Part shown: positions 19,803 to 30,582 of the stretch, one piece after another | Layout: the number at the start of each line of letters is the position of its first letter | Numbering within the stretch: the first letter of the stretch is position 1 | DNA from: Candidatus Latescibacterota bacterium | GTDB taxonomy: Bacteria; Latescibacterota; UBA2968; UBA8231 | NCBI GenBank assembly: GCA_965261395.1 | Contig: OZ253462.1 | Location: forward strand, 448,001-512,000 | DNA length: 64,000 nt | Direction of reading: 5' to 3' | Notes under the pieces: model-generated | Told to the model about the DNA's origin: nothing | Database searches by the model: none | The model's input: the letters and a program-made list of their open reading frames with translations, nothing else | Program-made: the position numbers and the translations under genes

Positions 19803-20144
19803 GTGACCGAACAGCCGCCCAATCCCGCCCAGCCGACGGAATCTACCCTCGTTCTTGGCTTCCTGCGCGAGGATATTCAGGCCCTGCGCCAAGACGTCCG
19901 TCAAGATATCCGCCAAATACACGAACGCATCGATCAGACCAACGAGCGCATCGACGCCCTGCGTACCGAGGTGGGCGAGCGCATCGACCAGACCGGCGAG
20001 CGCATTAACCAAACCAACGGACGCATCGACGACTTAGCCAAACAACTCGATTCGCGCTATGCGCGACTGATGGCCATGCTCATCGCCTGCACCAGCATCC
20101 TCGTCACAACCATGGGCGCGGCCGTCGCCGTACTCAAGCTCTAG
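19803..20144 (+). CDS. Coiled-coil protein with C-terminal membrane anchor (CCDC90/DUF1640-like), copy 1
   Basis: GGAGGA RBS then GTG; repeated RIDQTNE/RIDQTGE heptads; hydrophobic C-terminus. Confidence 0.75.
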   Translation: MTEQPPNPAQPTESTLVLGFLREDIQALRQDVRQDIRQIHERIDQTNERIDALRTEVGERIDQTGERINQTNGRIDDLAKQLDSRYARLMAMLIACTSILVTTMGAAVAVLKL

Positions 20145-20152
20145 GCCGCATC

Positions 20153-20437
20153 ATGACCGAACAGCCGCCCAATCCCGCCCAGCCTACGGAATCCACCCTC
20201 GTTCTAGGCTTCTTGCGCGAGGATATTCAAAATCTCCGCCAAGACATGCGCCAAGACATGCGCCAAATACACGGGCGCATAGACCAAACCAACGAGCGCA
20301 TCGATCAGACCGGCGGGCGCATCGACGACTTAGCCAAACAGCTCGATTCGCGCTACGCGCGGCTAATGGCCATGCTCATCGCCTGTATCAGCATCCTCAT
20401 CACAACCGTAGGGGCAGCGGTCGCCGTACTCAAGTGA
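20153..20437 (+). CDS. Coiled-coil protein with C-terminal membrane anchor, copy 2
   Basis: Nearly identical N- and C-termini to copy 1 with fewer heptads. Confidence 0.75.
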   Translation: MTEQPPNPAQPTESTLVLGFLREDIQNLRQDMRQDMRQIHGRIDQTNERIDQTGGRIDDLAKQLDSRYARLMAMLIACISILITTVGAAVAVLK

Positions 20438-20441
20438 CGCC

Positions 20442-21683
20442 CTAAGCTCGCTCCGGGAACCGCTCCCGGTACTCCCGATCAAATTCTTCGCTGCCGTCGT
20501 CGAGCCGCACCGCTAGCTGCATCCCCGGCGAGAAGCCCGTCCGCTTGCCAGCGGTGAAATCGCTGCGGTAACTGCCGTCGGCAGCCCAGAGAACCCGGCC
20601 ATCGGGCCAGCGCACGGCGTGTATTTGGCGCACCGGCGCTTTCGCAAAGTCCGGCTCGACGCGCAGGCGCTCCACAGCCTCCCGGTCCAACTCGACCCCC
20701 AAGCCCGGAGCCTCCGGCACCCGCAGATGCCCGCCCTCCACGGCGAACTCCTGCACCAAAACGTGCGAATAGATGTTGACGCAAGGAATCGCTGGCCAGC
20801 GCGCTTCCTTTAGCACCGCCCCCAAGTGCGCCGCAAAGGTCGCCGTCAGGCCGGTACCCACCATCTGCAACCAAAACGGCATGTGCGCTCGCTCGGCCAA
20901 GTTGCCGTCGCTCAAGACGCGGCGTACCCCACCGCCGATAACAAACCCGTCGCATACGCCCTCGCGGATCGCCGTCATAGGCGGTGGCTGGCCCATGTGC
21001 ATGGCGATTGGGCATTGGATCTTTTGCCGTAGGAGCTTGTTGCCCTCCACGTCGTCCTGCGGAATTGGCGACTCGACGATAGCGAGACAGGCATTGTCTC
21101 GCTCCAAGCGCGCAATGAGCGGGGCGGCTTGGTCAACCCCCAGCAACATGGTGTTGAAATCAGCGTCCAGCTTGAAGTGCTGAGAAGTGGCCTCATCCAC
21201 GGCCTGTAATTGCGCCGCAATATCGTACCAAGGCCGCGCCTTGACCTTCATGGTGGTAAAGCCATGCGCCTCGGCCGCGCGCGCCTCGGCCGCCCACGCT
21301 GCCGGCGGCATACTTTGCGCCCACCAAGAAACCGGACAGGCGTCTCGATGTTGTGGCCCCATTAGCCGGTGGCAGGGAACGTCTAAGTGCTTGCCGGCCG
21401 CGTCGAAAAGCGCCATCTGCAAGCCGGCCCCTAGCGAGTCGTCCCACAGCATTTCGAAAACGTTCCGGCCGCGCACGCGAGCAAACTCCGCTTCGCGCGA
21501 GTGGCCCCACGTATATCCCTGAATCGTCTCGCCGATGCCGACAACGCCGCCCTCGGTCTCTACTTCGATCAACTCGACGATGGACCAACCCGGCCCGTAG
21601 ACTTCCATGGTGTCGGCGCAGCGCTCGTGGAACGGTACGTGTAGCACGGTGCGCACGATGTCTTTAACAACACAAGAACTCAT
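20442..21683 (-). CDS. Enolase-superfamily enzyme (muconate cycloisomerase-like)
   Basis: MALFDAAGK, KVK, DFN, ESP, PEAPGLGVELD. Confidence 0.85.
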   Translation of the reverse strand: MSSCVVKDIVRTVLHVPFHERCADTMEVYGPGWSIVELIEVETEGGVVGIGETIQGYTWGHSREAEFARVRGRNVFEMLWDDSLGAGLQMALFDAAGKHLDVPCHRLMGPQHRDACPVSWWAQSMPPAAWAAEARAAEAHGFTTMKVKARPWYDIAAQLQAVDEATSQHFKLDADFNTMLLGVDQAAPLIARLERDNACLAIVESPIPQDDVEGNKLLRQKIQCPIAMHMGQPPPMTAIREGVCDGFVIGGGVRRVLSDGNLAERAHMPFWLQMVGTGLTATFAAHLGAVLKEARWPAIPCVNIYSHVLVQEFAVEGGHLRVPEAPGLGVELDREAVERLRVEPDFAKAPVRQIHAVRWPDGRVLWAADGSYRSDFTAGKRTGFSPGMQLAVRLDDGSEEFDREYRERFPERA

Positions 21684-21701
21684 CGCATCCCCTCGTAGGC
21701 C

Positions 21702-24377
21702 CTACTCGGCCATCCGCCTGAGTACTGCGTGTAAGATCCCCCCATTGCGGTAGTAGTTGATCTCCACGGGGGTATCTATCCGGCATATCACCGCAAAGCG
21801 CTGCTCGCCCGCAGCGCTTTTGGCCACCACCTCCAACACCTGCCCCGGCTGTAGGTCGTCGTCGAGGCCCTCGACATCGTATATCTCCTCGCCGGTCAGC
21901 CCTAGCGAGTGGCGATCTTCGCCGGGGGAAAATTGCAGCGGCAGAATGCCCATCCCAATCAGGTTCGAGCGGTGGATGCGCTCGTAGCTCTCGGCGATTG
22001 CGGCCTTGACGCCTTGCAGAAAGGGGCCTTTGGCTGCCCAGTCGCGGCTCGAACCCGACCCGTACTCCTTGCCCGCGATAACGATCGAAGGCACGCCTTC
22101 TTCGATGTAGCGCATCGCCGCCTCGTACATGGTCGTCTGCTCGCCCGAAGGCAAGTGGCGCGTCAAGCCCCCCTCGACGCCGGGCACCAGCTCGTTGCGG
22201 ATGCGGATATTGGCAAACGTGCCCCGCATCATCACCTCGTGGTTGCCGCGCCTAGAGCCATAGCTGTTCCAATCCTTGCGCTCAACGCCGCGGTCGGTGA
22301 GATACTCGCCCCCCGGGCTGCCTACGGCGATTGCGCCAGCCGGCGAGATATGGTCGGTCGTCACACTGTCGCCGAGCTTGGCCAAGACGCGCGCGCCTTG
22401 AATCGGCTGGATCAGCAAAACCTCCTTGGTGAGGCCGTCGAAGAAATTCGGCTTGCGAATGTACGTGCTCTCCTCGGCCCAGGCATAGCGCGTACCCTCG
22501 GGCACGGGAATGGCGTTCCAAGTCTCGTTCTGACTGAACGCATTGCCGTATTCTTCCTCGAACATCTTCGGCGTCAGCGAGCGGGCAACCGCGTCGCGGA
22601 TCTGGTCTTGCGAGGGCCAGATGTCGCGCAGGAACACCTCGCGGCCCGCTTGGTCTTGGCCAAGCGGCTCGTGCTCGAAGTCGATCGTCGCCCGGCCCGC
22701 GAGTGCGTAGGCCACGACTAAAGGCGGCGAAGCGAGGAAATTAGCCTTCGTCACCGCGTGTACCCGACCCTCGAAATTGCGGTTGCCGCTGAGCACGCTA
22801 CACACCACTAAGTCGTTGTCAGCCACGGCTGCGGCGATTTCTTCGGGCAGGGGACCCGAGTTGCCGATGCAGGTCGTGCAACCATAGCCGACCGTGTGGA
22901 AGCCGAGGGCTTCTAGGCTCTCGGTGAGGCCGGCCGCGTCGAGGTAGCGGGAGACGACCCGGCTGCCCGGTGCCAAGCTGGTCTTGACGTAGGCCGGAAC
23001 CGCGAGGCCCCGCTCGGCCGCGTTGCGCGCCAACAGCCCCGCCCCCACCATTGCGCTCGGGTTGCTGGTATTCGTGCAGGAGGTAATGGCGGCGATGAGC
23101 ACTGCGCCGTGGTTCAGCTCAACCGCGCCCTGCTCGCCCAATTCGACGGCGACCTTTTTACCGCTGTCCTCCACCTCAAAGCGGTCCACCAGCGAGGCGG
23201 CAAAGGCGGTCGGCACGTCCTTGAGCGCGACCCGATCCTGCGGCCGCGTCGGGCCGGCCAAGCTCGGCTCGACTGTACCCATATCCAGCACCAAGTGCTC
23301 GCTGAAGACAGGATCAGGCACCTCGGCGTGGTAGAACATGCCTTGCGCCTCCATGTACGCGCGGACCCGCTCGACCACCGCCTTCTTGCGCCCGGTGAGC
23401 GCCAAATACGCCAGCGTCTCCTCGTCCACCGGAAAAATGCCCATCGTCGCCCCGTATTCTGGAGCCATGTTGGCGAGGGTCGCCCGGTCGGCCAAGCTCA
23501 ACTCGCTCAAGCCTGGGCCGTAAAATTCGACGAATTTGCCGACCACGCCATGCGCGCGGAGCATCTGCACCACCGTCAGCACCAAGTCCGTAGCCGTCGT
23601 CCCGGTGGGCAATGCGCCCGTCAGTTTGACGCCGACCACTTGCGGCAAAAGCATGTAGATCGGCTGCCCCAACATCACGGCTTCGGCCTCGATGCCGCCC
23701 ACGCCCCAGCCGAGGACGCCGAGGCCGTTGATCATCGTCGTGTGGCTGTCCGTACCCACTAGGCTGTCGGGATAGAATTCGCCGTCCTGCTCCTGCACCA
23801 CCTGGGCCAGATATTCCAAGTTGACCTGATGCACAATGCCGGTGGCCGGCGGCACCACGCGAAAATTGTCGAAGGACTCCTGACCCCAGCGCAAAAACTC
23901 GTAGCGCTCACGGTTGCGCTCGAATTCGCGCGCGGCGTTCATGGCCAGTGCCTCGCGTATGCCGTAGTAATCGACCTGCACCGAATGGTCAATGACCAAG
24001 TCAACGGGAATCAGGGGGTTGACCTTCTCCGGGTCACCGCCCAAATCGGCCACTGCGTCGCGCATCACGGCCAAATCGACTACGGCTGGCACCCCGGTAA
24101 AATCCTGCATCACCACCCGCGCCGGCTTGAAGGGAATCTCTTCCTTGCCCGCGGTCTCGGGACTCCAGCGCGCAATGCGCTCGACGTCCTCGCGGGTAAT
24201 CTCAAACCCATCGCACTGCCTGAGCGCGGCCTCTAGCAGAATTTTGATCGAATAGGGCAGCCGGCTCACCTCGGCTATGCCATCTTCTGCTAGCTTTTGA
24301 ATGCGGTACAGGACGCCGCTACCGCCACTGCATTCCAGCCGGGTGCGCGCCCCGAATTCGTCGTTTCTCTCCGTCAT
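21702..24377 (-). CDS. acnA: Aconitate hydratase A
   Basis: [62 protein letters not shown]. Confidence 0.97.
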   Translation of the reverse strand: MTERNDEFGARTRLECSGGSGVLYRIQKLAEDGIAEVSRLPYSIKILLEAALRQCDGFEITREDVERIARWSPETAGKEEIPFKPARVVMQDFTGVPAVVDLAVMRDAVADLGGDPEKVNPLIPVDLVIDHSVQVDYYGIREALAMNAAREFERNRERYEFLRWGQESFDNFRVVPPATGIVHQVNLEYLAQVVQEQDGEFYPDSLVGTDSHTTMINGLGVLGWGVGGIEAEAVMLGQPIYMLLPQVVGVKLTGALPTGTTATDLVLTVVQMLRAHGVVGKFVEFYGPGLSELSLADRATLANMAPEYGATMGIFPVDEETLAYLALTGRKKAVVERVRAYMEAQGMFYHAEVPDPVFSEHLVLDMGTVEPSLAGPTRPQDRVALKDVPTAFAASLVDRFEVEDSGKKVAVELGEQGAVELNHGAVLIAAITSCTNTSNPSAMVGAGLLARNAAERGLAVPAYVKTSLAPGSRVVSRYLDAAGLTESLEALGFHTVGYGCTTCIGNSGPLPEEIAAAVADNDLVVCSVLSGNRNFEGRVHAVTKANFLASPPLVVAYALAGRATIDFEHEPLGQDQAGREVFLRDIWPSQDQIRDAVARSLTPKMFEEEYGNAFSQNETWNAIPVPEGTRYAWAEESTYIRKPNFFDGLTKEVLLIQPIQGARVLAKLGDSVTTDHISPAGAIAVGSPGGEYLTDRGVERKDWNSYGSRRGNHEVMMRGTFANIRIRNELVPGVEGGLTRHLPSGEQTTMYEAAMRYIEEGVPSIVIAGKEYGSGSSRDWAAKGPFLQGVKAAIAESYERIHRSNLIGMGILPLQFSPGEDRHSLGLTGEEIYDVEGLDDDLQPGQVLEVVAKSAAGEQRFAVICRIDTPVEINYYRNGGILHAVLRRMAE

Positions 24378-24530
24378 GGAAAACCTCTCGCAAATGGGGA
24401 TGGGAGTCGCTTCCGTTACATCGCTTCTGAACTTGTCTAAATAAATAAGCTAAGAAGCATCGTCCAGAATTCCGTTGATGTTTTCAATTTCCGCTACCGA
24501 TGATAAAATTGCCAGAGCATCGCATCGGAT

Positions 24531-24710
24531 TTAATTCACAGATGTTGTGCGTCTCATTTTTACCGTTTGCTGATGCTTTCGCAGCAATTCGGTACGTTCT
24601 TGCCAGAAAGCCAGTTGTTCTTCGATTGTCATATTTGCGATCTGATTATGGACTCGTTCTGCGCCACGGCGTTTCATCTCAACGCAATCAAACGTCTTCT
24701 TCGTTTTCAT
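24531..24710 (-). CDS. Small protein coupled to PIN gene (putative antitoxin)
   Basis: MKTKKTFDCVEMKRRGAERVH...EEQLAFW; overlaps the PIN gene 3' end. Confidence 0.65.
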   Translation of the reverse strand: MKTKKTFDCVEMKRRGAERVHNQIANMTIEEQLAFWQERTELLRKHQQTVKMRRTTSVN

Positions 24711-25182
24711 AGTTGATCGTCTCCTGAGGGGAATGGATCGCAATAGTTGAGTATCCAGAAAGTGTGTTTACTGCATTGTATAGCGGAATTTTTGAAAAAT
24801 GCACGATATATTTGAAATTCCAACTCACAATCATCGAACAGCCTCCTACAGTGGCTAAGGCGACATGGAGGGCATCTGCCGCCCATTTTTCGGTCACAAT
24901 TTTCGCATTTAAGTAAGCCTGCTGAAGTCGCAAAGTCTCCTCAGAAATCTCTACAATTTCTGCAAAGTTGAGCATTTGTTCAAAGAGTGCCACAACTTCC
25001 GCCGGGGCAGACTCGATTTCCTCTTGCACCACAACAGATGCCAACAGGTTAAAATGTCCCTGCCGAACCATATCGAAAAAGGACTGACTCGCTTGATGAA
25101 ACTCTTCATCGAATGCGCCACCGAAAACGGACGTATCCGCATATACGCTTGGAATCTGTGTATTCAATTTTTGATCTCTCAA
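24688..25182 (-). CDS. PIN-domain protein (putative toxin)
   Basis: VYADTSVFGG, EEIE, DALHVALAT, VSWNFK.IV. Confidence 0.85.
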   Translation of the reverse strand: MRDQKLNTQIPSVYADTSVFGGAFDEEFHQASQSFFDMVRQGHFNLLASVVVQEEIESAPAEVVALFEQMLNFAEIVEISEETLRLQQAYLNAKIVTEKWAADALHVALATVGGCSMIVSWNFKYIVHFSKIPLYNAVNTLSGYSTIAIHSPQETINYENEEDV

Positions 25183-25460
25183 TCAATACAATCCCTAACC
25201 TTCGGCGTTTGATTCAACTCTACATAAACCCCGCTCCACCCTGCTGTAACGATAGGTACGGGATTGGGCGTAACGCCTCGTCGAGCATGAGATCGAAACC
25301 AGTTTCGTTGATGAATTCGCCATACCAATGTAGGGACCACCGGCCCGGCCTTCAACCGGCCCCATGAATCCCCCTGTACGCCGGGCCGATCCATTGTAAT
25401 AGGCCAGTCTTCCTATATATTAGGGACAGTCAACCGCATCACTTCCCACCACGGGCCGCC

Positions 25461-27266
25461 ATGCACAACCTGCACCAATTTCTCGCTCTTCTGCGCCGCG
25501 AAGGCGAGCTTGTCACCGTTGACGCCCCGGTTTCTTCCGATCTCGAAATCGCCGAGATCCATCGCCGCGTCCTTGCCGCCGCTGGCCCGGCCCTGCTCTT
25601 TACCCACGTCGAAGGCGCGGACTTTCCCTGCGTCACCAACCTCTTTGGCACCGCCCGGCGCGTCGATTTGGCCTTTGGCCCTAGGCCGGAGCAGTTTATC
25701 CAGCAGCTAGTGCAGTTGGCCCAGGACCTGCCCTCGCTCTCGCCGGGCAAGCTCTGGCCGCACAAAAACCTAATCCCCGCCGCGCTCAAGGTCGGGCTGA
25801 AGACCGTCGGCAAAGGTCCCATTGGCGAATGCGTGCAGTCGCCCCCCGACCTTACGCGCCTACCCTTGCTCAAAACCTGGCCCGAGGACGGCGGGCACTT
25901 CATCACCCTGCCGCTGGTCTATACCCAACACCCCGATACCAGCCATCACAACCTCGGCATGTACCGCATCCAGCGCCACGATTCCCAAACCCTCGGCGTA
26001 CACTGGCAAATCCAGAAAGGCGGCGGCTTCCACTACCACGTCGCCGAGCAGCGAGGTGAGAGCCTGCCGCTGGTCATCTTCGTCGGCGGGCCGCCAGCGC
26101 TGATCCTCGCGGCGATCGCGCCTTTGCCCGAGGATTTGCCCGAGTTGATTTTGGCCTCCCTGTTGCAGGGCGAGCGCCTGCGCCGCGTGCAAGGCTCCAC
26201 GCTGCCCCTGATCGCCGAGGCCGAATTCGCCATTGAGGGCGTGGTGCCGCCGCACGTGCGCAAGCCCGAGGGGCCTTTCGGCGATCACTACGGCTATTAC
26301 TCGCTGCAACACGACTACCCAGTGCTCCAAGCCAAGCGCCTCTATCACCGCAAAGACGCCATCTTCCCGGCCACCGTAGTCGGCAAGCCGCCACAGGAAG
26401 ACATGTTCCTCGGCACCTACATCCAGCAGCTCATGACGCCCTTGAGCAAGCTGGTAATGCCCGCGATCAAGGCCATGTGGAGCTACGGCGAGACCGGCTA
26501 TCACTCGCTGGCGGCTATCGTAGTCGAAGAGCGCTATCCACGCGAGGCCATGAAATTCGCCTTTCGCATCTTGGGCGAGGACGGCGGCCAACTCAACCTC
26601 ACCAAGTTCTTGGTCGTCATAGATCGCCCGTTGGACTTGGGCGACTTCCGACAGGTGCTCGCGTATGCCCTAGCGCGAGCGCGGCTCGAAACCGACCTCT
26701 TCGTCATCGCCAATCTCGCCATGGACACCCTCGACTACACGGGACCGGCCGTGAACCAAGGCAGCAAAGGAATCCTCCTAGGCGTGGGCGATCCAGTCGG
26801 CGAATTGCCCGGAGAATTCAGCGGCGACCTACCCGGCGGGGCCCGTGCCGCCGAGGTCTATTGCCCTGGTGCCCTCGCGGTGCAAGGCCCGACGTACGCG
26901 GAAGATCCCGGCTACGCCCAACACCTCGCCGAAGACCGGGCCGTCGCAGCTTGGCCGCTGATATTTTTGGTTGATGACGCCAGTGCGGCCGCCAAGAACA
27001 TCACCTTTCTCTGGAGTACATTCACTCGCTTTGAGCCGGCTGCCGACACGTATGCCGCCGCCGTCCAGCTCCGTCGCCACCACCCCTGCTATACGCCGCC
27101 GATCGTCTTGGATTGCCGCATGAAACCCGGATATCCAGACGAGCTGATAACGGACGAAGAAACAGCGCAAAAGGTCAGTCGGCGCTGGGGGGAGTACTTT
27201 CCCCAAGGCGGCGTCGAAGGCGCGGAAGACCGCCTTGGCTACGCCGGATTTTCCCTGTTGGATTAA
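25461..27266 (+). CDS. UbiD-family prFMN-dependent decarboxylase
   Basis: WPEDGGHFITLP, NLGMYR, EGPFGDHYGYY, TVVGKPPQED; long form resembling the futalosine-pathway decarboxylase (not confirmed). Confidence 0.9.
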   Translation: MHNLHQFLALLRREGELVTVDAPVSSDLEIAEIHRRVLAAAGPALLFTHVEGADFPCVTNLFGTARRVDLAFGPRPEQFIQQLVQLAQDLPSLSPGKLWPHKNLIPAALKVGLKTVGKGPIGECVQSPPDLTRLPLLKTWPEDGGHFITLPLVYTQHPDTSHHNLGMYRIQRHDSQTLGVHWQIQKGGGFHYHVAEQRGESLPLVIFVGGPPALILAAIAPLPEDLPELILASLLQGERLRRVQGSTLPLIAEAEFAIEGVVPPHVRKPEGPFGDHYGYYSLQHDYPVLQAKRLYHRKDAIFPATVVGKPPQEDMFLGTYIQQLMTPLSKLVMPAIKAMWSYGETGYHSLAAIVVEERYPREAMKFAFRILGEDGGQLNLTKFLVVIDRPLDLGDFRQVLAYALARARLETDLFVIANLAMDTLDYTGPAVNQGSKGILLGVGDPVGELPGEFSGDLPGGARAAEVYCPGALAVQGPTYAEDPGYAQHLAEDRAVAAWPLIFLVDDASAAAKNITFLWSTFTRFEPAADTYAAAVQLRRHHPCYTPPIVLDCRMKPGYPDELITDEETAQKVSRRWGEYFPQGGVEGAEDRLGYAGFSLLD

Positions 27267-27286
27267 CCCTGAGCATAGGTCGCCTC

Positions 27287-28699
27287 ATGGATGATGCCCT
27301 AGCGTTTGCCCCCATCGCCGAACTCGCCACCCTGATCCGCCGCCGCGAACTCTCCCCGCTCGAACTCACCGATCTCTACCTAGAGCGCATCGAGCAATAC
27401 GATCCGGCGCTCAACGCCTACCTCGCCGTCACGGCCGAGCGGGCGCGGGCCCAAGCCCGCGCCGCCGAAGCGCAAATCGCGGCCGGCACCTATCTCGGCC
27501 CCTTGCACGGCATTCCCCTCGCCTTTAAGGATCTCGTGGATGTCGCGGACCTGCCCACCACCGGCGGCTCGACCCTGCTGCGCGACAACATCGCCGCAGC
27601 CGATGCCACGGTTGCCCGCCGCCTCTTTGCCGCGGGCGTCGTACTCTTGGGCAAAACCCAGCTTGTGGAATTCGCTTTTGGCGGCACCGGTGTCAACCAT
27701 CACTACGGCACCCCGGTCAACCCCTGGGATCCCGAAATCCACCGCCTGCCGGGCGGGTCGTCCTCTGGCTCGGGCGTGGCTGTGGCGGCTGGACTGGCAG
27801 CGGCCGCCCTCGGCTCGGATACCGGCGGCTCAGTGCGAATTCCCTCGTCCTTTTGCGGCCTTACCGGCCTCAAGCCCACCTTTGGCCTGCTCCCCAACAC
27901 CGGCGTCTTGCCCCTCGACCCGACCCTCGATAGCATTGGGCCTTTGTGCCACACGGCGCAAGACTGCGCCCTATTGTTCCAAGCCATGGCGGACCCGGCC
28001 CTTTGCGACCTGCCCGATGGTTCGATTGTGGATCATTTAGAAGGAGAGGTCGCCGGCCTTCGGCTCTGCTTCCCGCGCGAGTTTTTCTGGGACGAGGTCG
28101 ATGCGGAGGTCGAAGCCGCGGTGCGCGCCTCGGCGCGCATTTTCGCCGACCTCGGCGTCTATGTCGATGAAATATCGCTCGATGTGCTCGACGATCTAGC
28201 CGAATGGCGCAGCGGGCCTAGCACCACGGCCGTCGAAGCCTATCTCTATCATCGGCACAACCTCGAAGCGCACCTCGATCAGTTCGACCCCATTGTCTCG
28301 GCGCGCATCCTCGACGGCCGCGACATCCTCGCTGCGGACTTCCTCAGGCAGCTTAGAGCGCGCGACGAGCTGCGCCGCAAAGCCCGCATGGCCCTCGAAA
28401 ACGTCGATTTTCTCATCACTCCAACCACCCCTTTTGCCGCCCCGATTCTCGACGAGATCGATCGCGACGATGTCTATTTCCCCATCAATGGCCTCTGCCT
28501 GCGCAACACCATCGCCGTCAATCTCCTCGATCTGTGCGCCGTCTCCCTGCCCTGCGGGTTTACGCATGATGGCTTGCCCATCGGCTTGCAGCTTATCGGC
28601 CACCCTCGCGACGAGGCGCGGCTGCTGCGCCTCGCCCGCGCCTTTGAGCAAGCCACTGACTACAATCTCCTCACGCCCGCGCTCGACGACTTCGCCTAG
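27287..28699 (+). CDS. Amidase (amidase-signature family)
   Basis: GPLHGIPLAFKD, GGSSSGS, GSDTGGSVRIP. Confidence 0.92.
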   Translation: MDDALAFAPIAELATLIRRRELSPLELTDLYLERIEQYDPALNAYLAVTAERARAQARAAEAQIAAGTYLGPLHGIPLAFKDLVDVADLPTTGGSTLLRDNIAAADATVARRLFAAGVVLLGKTQLVEFAFGGTGVNHHYGTPVNPWDPEIHRLPGGSSSGSGVAVAAGLAAAALGSDTGGSVRIPSSFCGLTGLKPTFGLLPNTGVLPLDPTLDSIGPLCHTAQDCALLFQAMADPALCDLPDGSIVDHLEGEVAGLRLCFPREFFWDEVDAEVEAAVRASARIFADLGVYVDEISLDVLDDLAEWRSGPSTTAVEAYLYHRHNLEAHLDQFDPIVSARILDGRDILAADFLRQLRARDELRRKARMALENVDFLITPTTPFAAPILDEIDRDDVYFPINGLCLRNTIAVNLLDLCAVSLPCGFTHDGLPIGLQLIGHPRDEARLLRLARAFEQATDYNLLTPALDDFA

Positions 28700-28718
28700 C
28701 AAAGTGCGACCGGATGGC

Positions 28719-28747
28719 TTGCCAATATCCGGGGCTAACTCTATATT
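28719..28747 (+). promoter_or_regulatory. Sigma70-like promoter of the tRNA gene
   Basis: TTGCCA-N17-TATATT, 15 bp upstream of the tRNA. Confidence 0.55.
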
Positions 28748-28762
28748 TTTTTCCCCTTACGT

Positions 28763-28837
28763 GCTCCCATCGTCTAGCGGTTAGGACCCAGGGTTTTCAA
28801 CCCTGTAGCCGGAGTTCGACTCTCCGTGGGAGCACCA
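28763..28837 (+). tRNA. tRNA-Glu(TTC)
   Basis: Cloverleaf: acceptor GCTCCCA/TGGGAGC, anticodon stem CAGGG/CCCTG with loop TT-TTC-AA, T arm CGGAG-TTCGACT-CTCCG, encoded CCA. Confidence 0.96.
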
Positions 28838-28863
28838 TTTTTTTGTACGCTGAGGAGGAACTC

Positions 28864-29733
28864 ATGTTCGATATCGGCATCTTCGCCCCCTTTGGGGCCG
28901 ACCACGCTCGCAACATGGCCTATTGCCGCGACGCCGGCGCTACCCACATCGTCTTGAACACCGGCCAAATCTCTTCCGACGACGCGCCCGCGGCCGACGC
29001 GCTCGCGGCGCTAACCGACCAATACGCCGCCGCCGAAGTTGTGCTGGCCGGGCTGACCCCGCCTCGTCTCAGCCTCGACGCCTGCGTTGACGATGCGGCC
29101 CGCACGCGCGAAGTGGGGTACATGCGCCGCCTGATCGAAAACATGGGCCACGCGCAGATACCTATCGTGCATTTCTACCTCAGTGCCGACGCGGCCCCCA
29201 CCGACCCAGACCAGCGGCAGACGCACTGGCAGGGCTTGGTGGAGGTCTTCCAAGAACTCGGCCAAATCGGCGAAGAGGCCGGCGTGCGGATTTCCACCCA
29301 CACGTTTCACGTGCCCGACCGCCTGATCTGGAACAGAGAGACCTTTACCAATCTAATGGCCGCAACCGACTCGCCGGCCCACGGCCTGACCTTCTGCCAA
29401 GGCAAGTCGCAAATGGCCGGCGACAGCCTGCCCGACACCATCCGCCACTTCGGCGACAAGGTCTTTATGGTCCACGTGCGCGACATCGCCACCAAGCCCC
29501 AAGGATCGACTTCCCCGGAAATCGAGCAGCGGCTGGCGGACTTAGGCTATCTCGAAGTGCCCTTCGGCAAGGGAGAAGTCGATATGGTCGGCACCATCCG
29601 CGCCCTCAAAGAGATCGACTACAAGGGGCAGATTTACTCCGAGCACTTCCCAGCCATCGCCGGCGACCACGCCGCGGGGCTAGCCTGGACTATTGGCTAC
29701 ATCCGCGCCTTAGACCAAGCGATCGTCGTCTGA
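28864..29733 (+). CDS. Xylose-isomerase-like TIM barrel (mannonate dehydratase-like)
   Basis: GLTFCQG, VHVRD, EVPFGKGEVDM, YKG.IYSEH; GAGGAGG RBS. Confidence 0.8.
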   Translation: MFDIGIFAPFGADHARNMAYCRDAGATHIVLNTGQISSDDAPAADALAALTDQYAAAEVVLAGLTPPRLSLDACVDDAARTREVGYMRRLIENMGHAQIPIVHFYLSADAAPTDPDQRQTHWQGLVEVFQELGQIGEEAGVRISTHTFHVPDRLIWNRETFTNLMAATDSPAHGLTFCQGKSQMAGDSLPDTIRHFGDKVFMVHVRDIATKPQGSTSPEIEQRLADLGYLEVPFGKGEVDMVGTIRALKEIDYKGQIYSEHFPAIAGDHAAGLAWTIGYIRALDQAIVV

Positions 29734-29759
29734 AGGGGCGACCGGCCGGTCGCCCCTAC
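29734..29759. repeat. GTAG-type REP-like palindrome (copy 2)
   Basis: AGGGGCGACCGGCCGGTCGCCCCTAC, same core as 12392-12419, directly after a stop codon. Confidence 0.8.
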
Positions 29760-29829
29760 GTCGGCAAATGGACACCCCTTTTTAGCCGATCTATATTTAC
29801 CTTTTCAACCGCATTGGAAAGGTACTGCC

Positions 29830-30582
29830 ATGCCTCAGCTCACTTCCGCAGACAAGCATTCCTTTAAGGAAAACGGCTGTCTCATCGTCCGCAGCGCACT
29901 CACGTCCGCGCAAATTCAAGCCGCTCAGGACGCCCTCTGGAGCGGCATTGACGCCGACCGCGACGATCCTGCAACTTGGGTCGAAGCCGGGCCGCGCGCT
30001 CCTGTACCCGCTCATCACCCGGCCATCCGCGCCGCCGTTCACGAGTCGCCGCTCTTTGCGATGATGGAGGAGATGGCCGGCGAGGGCCAGCTCAACGCCG
30101 GCAACGCCGGGCCGGCGCTGGTGTACCCGGCCAAAGACAAGGCTTGGTCCTTGCCCGAGCGCGGCCATCTCGACGGCTACTACACCCCGACCAACGGCGT
30201 ACCCGAAGGCACGGTCGGCTACATGACTATCAACGTCACGCTCTACGTCGAGGACATCGACTCGCAGGGCGGCTGCTTCACCTATTGGCCCGGCAGCCAC
30301 AACGTGGCCTACGAGTACTTCCAGACGCATTCGCTGCTGTCGGTACAGGGCGGCGTTTCCAGCGACGTATTTCCCGAGGGAACTTTCCCCAAAGGAAGCG
30401 AATTCGTCGGCCAAGCTGGCGATGCCATTTTCTGGCACGGCCAGCTTTTTCACACCGGCTCCAAGAACGTCAATCGCAATATCCGCATGGCCCTCATCGG
30501 CCGCTTCTCGCGCAAAGACACCAACGATATCCGCTTTGAGACCTGCGACGACCAATGGGCGCATTGGGAGGGGATTAGCTGA
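29830..30582 (+). CDS. Phytanoyl-CoA dioxygenase (PhyH) family Fe/2OG enzyme
   Basis: HLDG, GG.F.YWPGSH, AGDAIFWH..LFH.G..N....R. Confidence 0.87.
   Translation: MPQLTSADKHSFKENGCLIVRSALTSAQIQAAQDALWSGIDADRDDPATWVEAGPRAPVPAHHPAIRAAVHESPLFAMMEEMAGEGQLNAGNAGPALVYPAKDKAWSLPERGHLDGYYTPTNGVPEGTVGYMTINVTLYVEDIDSQGGCFTYWPGSHNVAYEYFQTHSLLSVQGGVSSDVFPEGTFPKGSEFVGQAGDAIFWHGQLFHTGSKNVNRNIRMALIGRFSRKDTNDIRFETCDDQWAHWEGIS

Noticed and set aside
25179-25394. 71-aa ORF with HQRNWF, faintly like the RAYT WQRNY motif
   Set aside because: No HUH motif or other similarity; probably non-coding DNA containing a REP-like remnant.
28763-28900. tRNA-Glu as an integration site
   Set aside because: No integrase nearby and no duplicated tRNA 3' end found; the next genes look core-like.
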